Assembly: GCA_900617105.1 (NCBI GenBank)
Contig: UYFQ01000513.1
Location: forward strand, 1 to 44,568
Origin: Hydrurus foetidus
Taxonomy: Eukaryota
Direction: 5' to 3'
DNA length: 44,568 nucleotides
Shown here piece by piece: positions 38,301-44,568 of the stretch; within the stretch, counting starts at the first letter, position 1, and each line of letters begins with the position of its first letter. The notes under the pieces were generated by a model. The model searched no databases, was not told where the DNA came from, and saw nothing but the letters and a program-made list of their open reading frames with translations. A program made the translations under genes and the position numbers.

Positions 38301-40718
38301 ATGTCGAAGGCACAGATGTAGGCTGGGCTGTAGGTGACGACGTAGGTGCCATCGATGGGGCACAGCTTGGTGACGCCGAAGGCGACTCAGACGGTGACCA
38401 CGATGGCTCCATGCTAGGCACGTATGTAGGCGATGTCGAAGGCACAGATGTAGGCTGGGCTGTAGGTGACGACGTAGGTGCCATCGATGGGGCACAGCTT
38501 GGTGACGCCGAAGGCGACTCAGACGGTGACCACGATGGCTCCATGCTAGGCACGTATGTAGGCGATGTCGAAGGCACAGATGTAGGCTGGGCTGTAGGTG
38601 ACGACGTAGGTGCCATCGATGGGGCACAGCTTGGTGACGCCGAAGGCGACTCAGACGGTGACCACGATGGCTCCATGCTAGGCACGTATGTAGGCGATGT
38701 CGAAGGCACAGATGTAGGCTGGGCTGTAGGTGACGACGTAGGTGCCATCGATGGGGCACAGCTTGGTGACGCCGAAGGCGACTCAGACGGTGACCACGAT
38801 GGCTCCATGCTAGGCACGTATGTAGGCGATGTCGAAGGCACAGATGTAGGCTGGGCTGTAGGTGACGACGTAGGTGCTATCGATTGGCACAGCTTTGGTT
38901 TGTACGATGGAGGTTCTGTCGGTACTCTCGTTGGTGTTGTCGTTGGTATTGCGGTCGGTCTGTACGATGGAGGTTCTGTCGGTACTCTCGTTGGAGCTAT
39001 CGTCGGTATTGCAGTCGGTCTATACGAAGGAGGTTCTGTCGGTACTCTCGTTGGTGCTATCGTCGGTATTGCAGTCGGTCTGTACGATGGAGGTTCTGTC
39101 GGTACTCTCGTTGGTGCTATCGTCGGTATTGCAGTCGGTCTATACGAAGGAGGTTCTGTCGGTACTCTCGTTGGTGCTATCGTCGGTATTGCAGTCGGTC
39201 TGTACGAAGGAGGTTCTGTCGGTACTCTCGTTGGTGCTATCGTCGGTATTGCAGTCGGTCTGTACGATGGAGGTTCTGTCGGTACTCTCGTTGGTGCTAT
39301 CGTCGGTATTGCAGTCGGTCTATACGAAGGAGGTTCTGTCGGTACTCTCGTTGGTGCTATCGTCGGTATTGCAGTCGGTCTGTACGAAGGAGGTTCTGTC
39401 GGTACTCTCGTTGGTGCTATCGTCGGTATTGCAGTCGGTCTGTACGAAGGAGGTTCTGTCGGTACTCTCGTTGGTGCTATCGTCGGTATTGCAGTCGGTC
39501 TGTACGAAGGAGGTTCTGTCGGTACTCTCGTTGGTGCTATCGTGGGTATTGCAGTCGGTCTATACGATGGAGGTTCTGTCGGTACTCTCGTTGGTGCTAT
39601 CGTCGGTATTGCAGTCGGTCTATACGAAGGAGGTTCTGTCGGTACTCTCGTTGGTGCTATCGTCGGTATTGCAGTCGGTCTATACGAAGGAGGTTCTGTC
39701 GGTACTCTCGTTGGTGCTATCGTGGGTATTGCAGTCGGTCTATACGATGGAGGTTCTGTCGGTACTCTCGTTGGTGCTATCGTCGGTATTGCAGTCGGTC
39801 TGTACGAAGGAGGTTCTGTTGGTGTCATTGTTGGGCGATGCAATTGATTCAATGAGCTTAATGTCGGTGTTGTTGTAGGAGTCCGGGTCGGCACACCCGA
39901 TGGTCGCGACGATTGTCGACGAGAAGGCATTACGCTGGGCTTACTAGATGGTGACAAGGACGGTGCTGACGTTGGTCGTGGCGTAGGCGTTGTGGAGGGT
40001 TGTCGAGTTGGCACCTCTGAAGGTGTTACTGTTGGTCTCAACGACGGCTCTAATGTAGGTCTACGAGTCGGCGCAGAAGAAGGTTGTGCTGTCGGTCGTA
40101 ATGATGGAGTCAATGTCGGCTGTCTAGTTGGCATAGAGGTCGGGAGTGGTGTTGGCCTAGTTGACGGCACCAGAGTAGGCTTTTTGGAGGGTGATGTTGA
40201 AGGTGTTACTGTTGGTCTCAACGACGGCTCTAATGTAGGTCTACGAGTCGGCGCAGAAGAAGGTTGTGCTGTCGGTCGTAATGATGGAGTCAATGTCGGC
40301 TGTCTAGTTGGCATAGAGGTCGGGAGTGGTGTTGGCCTAGTTGATGGCACCAGAGTAAGTTTTTTGGAGGGTGATGTTGAAGGTGTTGAGGATATCCTAA
40401 AAGATGCTAGAGTTTGAAGAGCATTCTGTTTGCCTCCTTTTTGATGGTGGTCGAAAAAATTTGATTGACTGCTGTCAGCAATATCTGATAATCATGTATA
40501 GTAGATGGAAAGTTATGCATGTGCGCCATCTAGAAAGTTCTGAGAGTAAACAACTTACGCAAATCTCTGTATTCTGGAAACCAATCTTTAAAAATGATGA
40601 GAGGATGCACAGTGAAATCTTTCACTGAAGTGCTTGCATAGGCAAATACTTCAGAATTGTGTGGCAGTTTAAAGATCACAGCGAAATAAGCCACTTGAGC
40701 ACAGAATTTCAGTATCAT
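5346..40718 (-). CDS. Giant Pro/Ser/Thr-rich (P-[ST]-x-x repeat, mucin/extensin-like) putatively secreted protein. Exon 1 is 40718-40559 and exon 2 is 40484-5346. Apparent frameshifts lie below ~18545.
   Basis: Exon 1 MILKFCAQVAYFAVIFKLPHNSEVFAYA...EYRDL splices in phase 1 (TTG C/GTAAG...TTATCAG/AT) into HIADSSQSNFFDHHQKGGKQNALQTLASFRISSTPSTSPSKKLTLVPSTRPT. It is stop-free in the P/S/T frame to ~18540. Variants in the 60-bp array are synonymous in this frame. The array ends in frame with PSMSSVFLLTV* at 5346. Confidence 0.8.
5373..38895. repeat. 33.5-kb coding tandem array of 132-bp (44 aa) and 108-bp (36 aa) units, roughly 270-280 units
   Basis: The 132-bp unit encodes PTSV PSTS PTYV PSME PSWS PSES PSAS PSCA PSMA PTSS PTAQ, and the 108-bp unit lacks 24 bp (SVPSTSPT). 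The 24-bp insert recurs every 132 bp from 21271 to 38827 (134 copies). The total count is an estimate. Confidence 0.98.
38901..39819. repeat. 60-bp coding tandem repeat, ~15 copies (PTEPPSYRPTAIPTIAPTRV on the minus strand)
   Basis: Successive 60-nt lines 38941-39781 are near-identical. Confidence 0.97.
40018..40387. repeat. 180-bp tandem duplication (60 aa, Arg/Lys-rich PT repeats), 2 copies
   Basis: 40021-40200 matches 40201-40380 with about three substitutions. Confidence 0.95.
40485..40558 (-). other. 74-bp GT-AG intron of the giant repeat gene
   Basis: Donor GTAAGT at 40558 and acceptor TTATCAG ending at 40485. Removal joins ORF 40718 to the giant ORF in frame and excises in-frame stops. 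Confidence 0.8.
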
Positions 40719-41081
40719 TTCGCTTGATAATCTGTATGGAAAAGAGTCCCGACGGTGTGGTCGCTCTGAAAGGTGTTTTTTTCAAGGCTAGAGTGTGTCC
40801 TGAGGTAGCAATGTATTGAATGTATTCTATTGAAGTCTTCGTGGTGATCAATGATGCTCCTCCCTCTGAGAGGGTTCGGAGTCAAGACACGGTCAGAAAT
40901 TCGAAATTCGGAAATCAAAAATCAAAATTTTTGAAAAAAAATCTTTCCCCAGATTTTGATGTCAAGTCAGGAGGGGGGGTACAAAGTTGTCTTGCATGGA
41001 ACATGGAACAAAAACTACCGTCTCTGTTGGAAATCTGGGCGATTTACACGGAATTTCTATCGAGTTCCCAAACGATCCCTG

Positions 41082-41573
41082 TGTTGGGGATTCTCAGGAT
41101 CCGGATGCTTTGCAACTCGTAGCGACCGGTGACCCAAGGCTCGTAAAATAGACTTGTGTTGTATAATTACTTGATAATTAAACTTGTGCACCGGCATCAA
41201 TCAAGACGGCAACGAAGCTTCACATATCAAGGCAATTGCACGTTTTTCATCCATGTTGAAGACAGATGAAGGGATGGCTCCTCGAGCCCATACAGCCAAC
41301 GGTCAGCGGTTCGCACCCCAGGGTACACGCCGCTGTCCGTCGGATCCACACGCATACTGTGGTCTCACTGAGGCCTTGGCGGGAACGGGAATCCGGACGG
41401 CGGAGGGCAAAGGTGAAGCGATGGTGGAACGATGCTAAAGGATAGCAATGTGATTAGCTTACAGATAAGCACAGCAGATATCACGCGTATGGATCGGATC
41501 GTCCTCGATCCGAACCGTGCGTACGTTTGTACCCGAACCCGGTATACCCGGTATACTCGGTGTACGGGTCACA
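41082..41573 (-). repeat. Putative 3' LTR (~490 bp) of the right Gypsy element
   Basis: On the minus strand it begins TGTGAC immediately after the PPT and plausibly ends ...CCCAACA at 41082. The distal boundary is uncertain. Confidence 0.6.
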
Positions 41574-41587
41574 GTGCCCCCTCCTCG
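41574..41587 (-). promoter_or_regulatory. Polypurine tract of the right retroelement
   Basis: Minus strand reads GAGGAGGGGGCAC then TGTGAC, ~200 bp downstream of the integrase stop. Confidence 0.75.
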
Positions 41588-41784
41588 AAGAAGAAGCTAG
41601 ATTTGTTACACTATGATAAATACTAAACTACGTGTAAGTCTATGGTAAGTAACAACAATTATGTCAGACTCAATAATAATGATAAAAAAATTATTGCCTA
41701 CTGACTAAACCTCCTAAAACATCTCGGATGAGACGCAAAAAAATGGGTGGAATCATCATTGATATTGTTGTTCTGTTTGGTTTT

Positions 41785-42281
41785 TTAGACGTAGTCTAAC
41801 CTGAATTCTCTCGGAATTAGGTGACGTAGATTCTTACTTATAAGAAAATTGTGTAATTTGTCTGTTTTTCTTAGACTTCTCCACGGTTCCCAGGTATTAC
41901 TCTCTGAGGGATAATTTAGCCATTTCACTTCAAATTCTAATGCCCCATAAGATTGAATATTACCTCTCATGTCTATGATCTCTTCGATGAAGAATTCTAA
42001 ATAATCTCGACGTGCTACATCTGTTGGATCAGTGTGCAGTGGATTAAATAAGAAAGTTTTTAATTGTGACATGTGGTATTTAACATTTTTAAGGGTAATA
42101 AGATTGAGTAGCGTATATTCTCCTTTCTTATTGCTTAGAACTCGAAGAGGACCGCGCCACAATGTGTGCATGCGTGTCTCTGGTTGTGTGCGTTGAGTAA
42201 CGAGTACATATGAGCCTACCTCGAAATGTGTTATTTCCGGGTTTTGTTTCTCATTGTGTTCATCATCAGATTCCTTAAGGA
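41785..42281 (-). pseudogene. Gypsy integrase C-terminal region plus chromodomain, 5'-truncated at a rearrangement junction
   Basis: FEVGSYVLV...RMHTLWRGPLRV...YHMSQLKTF...ARRDYLEFFIEEII...FEVKWLNYPSESNTWEPW is clearly homologous to the 3..791 product. Sequence upstream of ~42281 is antisense gag. Confidence 0.88.
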
Positions 42282-43077
42282 GTTCTCCCTTGGTGCTCAG
42301 AAAGACTCCATCTTGCAATGGCTCAGCAAGGACGAGCTCATTAAGCAGAAGTCTGTAGAACAATCAGTCAAGTTTGTTAGGGCTCGACTAATGGAAGGTC
42401 GTGCTCAAAGCGAAGCACGACAGGACTTGGACGCCAGGCTCACTCCTATTCGCTACGAAGATCTGAGATACACTCAAGGCGAATCTCATACCCGACATCA
42501 GGTGTCCAATACAGGTCGTCAGCCATTTGTCACTCCTCGCAAATACGATCAGCGTCCACAATCAAACTTCTCGTCGCTAGCAACGTCTGCTAACCCACTG
42601 TTCAATGCATCCGAGAATGCATGCAACGAAGAAGACCTCGAAGATGAAGATTACCTGCTTCATGAAGTACATGAAGACAGACCTCAGGATCGTGTCGACA
42701 CGCTAGATCCTGAGGATGAATCCCTTCTTGCGATCAATGTCGATCAACATCGGTCCCGATCAGCTGTTTCCGCAACCTACCGTGGATACTGCAGTGAAGC
42801 ATTCGTCTACGGCAAATGCGCTCGCCAACATTCCGGCTGCACCTTCGATCACTCAACCGCCGGCCAGGAACGCTGTATTCAGTCTTTCTCGCTTCTCACC
42901 AAGCGTGAATTGCTACTGCACGGACAGCTAGAACCGTGGTCTTCACCCAAACAGGAACCGACAAGTGGAGTTAAAACGAGCAACTCACATGGATACAAAC
43001 ACTATGGACCCCCACAAGTGCCAGGAGCAGCACGACCTCCTCCATTGTCAACACCGGCGCGCCCATATCAGAAATAG
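42272..43077 (+). pseudogene. Gag C-terminal portion of a Ty3/Gypsy element (5'-truncated) with a CCCH-type zinc finger
   Basis: Long open frame directly upstream of protease/RT, with an acidic linker (EEDLEDED), C-X8-C-X6-C-X3-H at 42790-42852 and a Pro-rich tail. It is assigned as Gag by position. Confidence 0.7.
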
Positions 43078-43103
43078 GGGTTCGCGAGGCCTTCCATGGC
43101 TGA

Positions 43104-44568
43104 AATGCACACGGAAGATCACCTCGCCTCTCCCCAGATCAACAACACGCAAATGTCTTTGACCCTGACAACGTTATTACAGAAGCTTTACTCGACCAAC
43201 TAGCATCTGCTACTTCAACACCCTCGCAGACGCTTTGCCAACCATTTATTCGCTCTGGTATCATCATAACTGATAATGATCCAATCCTATTCGATCGCGG
43301 TCTACTTGATACAGGAGCTCAAGGAAGTAACTTTATCTCCCGTGACGTCTATAACAGCCTACCTTCAACTATCACTGACCTCAGTCGCTCCAATGATCGC
43401 ATCGTCCGCCTAGGTGATGCACGCTCGTTATCAATTGAGCTCGAGGTTCCTCTTACTGTTGGTATACTAGATTCCGCCAATAATAATCATCAACACTCCT
43501 TATGGTATAGTGTCCTTGACGTCCTCAGTCATGACATTATCATCTGTTTAGTTGACCTCATCGGCCCATTCTATGATCTGTTTGCAGACTCTGTGACAAA
43601 ATCTCATGAACTTTCGATAACAAATGATCTTGAAACACATTTGAGAGATCTTACAGTCGAAGTTCAGGTACTTCACAGTCAGTGCAATCCTCAGGATATC
43701 TAACGAGCAACTCGTTCTCTCGAACAACACAATGCTGCGTATCATCAGCGTAAAAACAAGATATGCGACGGTGTAAGCACTCGAATCCAGGCTACTTGCT
43801 CTTCGGGATGGAGCCATAATAGATATACTATCACATCCTCGTCTCGGCCACGTCTTCGCCGACAATCGTGTAGAGATTCCATATGATATCTTGAGTGCTC
43901 TTCTAAGCAATCCCGATCCTGGTCATATCATCCAACCTTGGTCTAAACCAATCGATTCTTTGGCACCAGAAGAGCTCAATACTCCAGATCCAACCAGCTT
44001 TCCTGATGATATCCTCGCCTACCTTACCACAACTGTTAAGGAAGCTCGACTCATATACAATGTCGATCTAGCTACTCACGTCACTCCCCAAATGCAAGCT
44101 GCATGTCCAGCAATAATGGAATTACTCCAATCCGAACTTGCGTACGACGTATTTGTCCCAAGCACATGGAAAGGAATCGACATGACTCCATGTCATCTTG
44201 ATATAAAGCCTGGCATGCCTGACTCTCTTAGAGCTCGAGTCCGCCCAGTTCGACAAGCCTTGTATCAAGACGCTAAAACTGAATTCGATAGAATGCGCAC
44301 ATACTTCTACGAACAATCGACATCCCCAATAGCATGCCCACTTGTCATTGCACCGAAAGCAACCGCTTCATTCATACGGCTATGTGGCGACTATCGCCCC
44401 ATCAATCCGCACATCAGTATCCCGCAAGAACCCATACCCCATGTACAACAATCACTTGCGAAAGCTGCTGACTGGAAGGTATTTGTCGACCTTGACATGA
44501 GAAATTCTTTTCACCAAATTCCCATCGATGATTTCAGTTCTAACATACTTTCAGTGTCTACACCCTGG
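43104..44568 (+). pseudogene. Gypsy pol: aspartic protease and N-terminal half of reverse transcriptase; disrupted, runs off the window
   Basis: Protease motif LLDTGAQGSNFIS at ~43302-43340 and DIIICLVDLI. There is an in-frame TAA at 43701 and a frameshift near 43790. RT motifs follow: SPIACPLVIAPK, IRLCGDYRPIN, FVDLDMRNSFHQIPID and LSVSTPW. Confidence 0.9.

Noticed and set aside
18531..38759. 6742-aa His/Arg/Leu-rich minus-strand ORF
   Set aside because: Alternative frame of the same unit. One stop-free unit with a length divisible by 3 yields an arbitrarily long ORF, and it is confined to the array with no independent start context.
5373..38895. CRISPR array or non-coding centromeric satellite
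   Set aside because: There are no unique spacers or cas genes. Unit lengths are multiples of 12 bp and are continuous in frame with a spliced unique N-terminus.
18635..39847. 7070-aa Gly/Asp/Val-rich plus-strand ORF (and its fragments at 5456-18545)
   Set aside because: Antisense shadow of Pro/Ser/Thr codons in a stop-free repeat. It has no unique N-terminus, and the 60-bp variants are nonsynonymous in this frame.
38874..39878. Plus-strand ORFs rich in VLS or RRYC
   Set aside because: Shadow frames of the 60-bp repeat.
40860..41080. Possible DNA-transposon fragment between the gene start and the LTR
   Set aside because: A-tract-rich and TE-like in feel, but I found no paired TIRs or TSD.
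1..42281. Left and right retroelement pieces as two ends of one element carrying the giant gene
   Set aside because: They are in opposite orientations, both are 3' ends, and their LTRs and nucleotide sequences differ.
42282..42363. N-terminal part of ORF 41785..42363 (and the first ~15 codons of ORF 42226..43077)
   Set aside because: Read-through across the rearrangement junction into antisense sequence of the other fragment.

Overview
Eukaryotic genomic DNA, with GT-AG introns, Ty3/Gypsy chromoviruses and a MITE. A bipartite plastid-type presequence suggests a stramenopile/ochrophyte alga, which is inference only. About 80% of the window is one minus-strand gene. It has a short signal-peptide-like exon (ATG 40718) that splices in frame across a 74-bp intron (40485-40558) into a ~35-kb exon of P-[S/T]-x-x tetrapeptide repeats. 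That exon contains a 180-bp duplication, ~15 copies of a 60-bp unit, and a 33.5-kb array of 132-bp and 108-bp units, of which 134 consecutive 132-bp units look identical. The product would be ~11,700 aa if the indels left of ~18.5 kb are assembly errors, and it is open for ~7,400 aa as assembled. Two different chromodomain-integrase LTR retrotransposon ends flank it convergently and share a conserved 3' UTR stem-loop motif. The right element appears internally inverted at a 10-bp palindrome, and its Gag has a CCCH rather than a CCHC zinc finger. The left flank also holds a degenerate plastid-targeted gene, a 362-bp MITE and a long hairpin.
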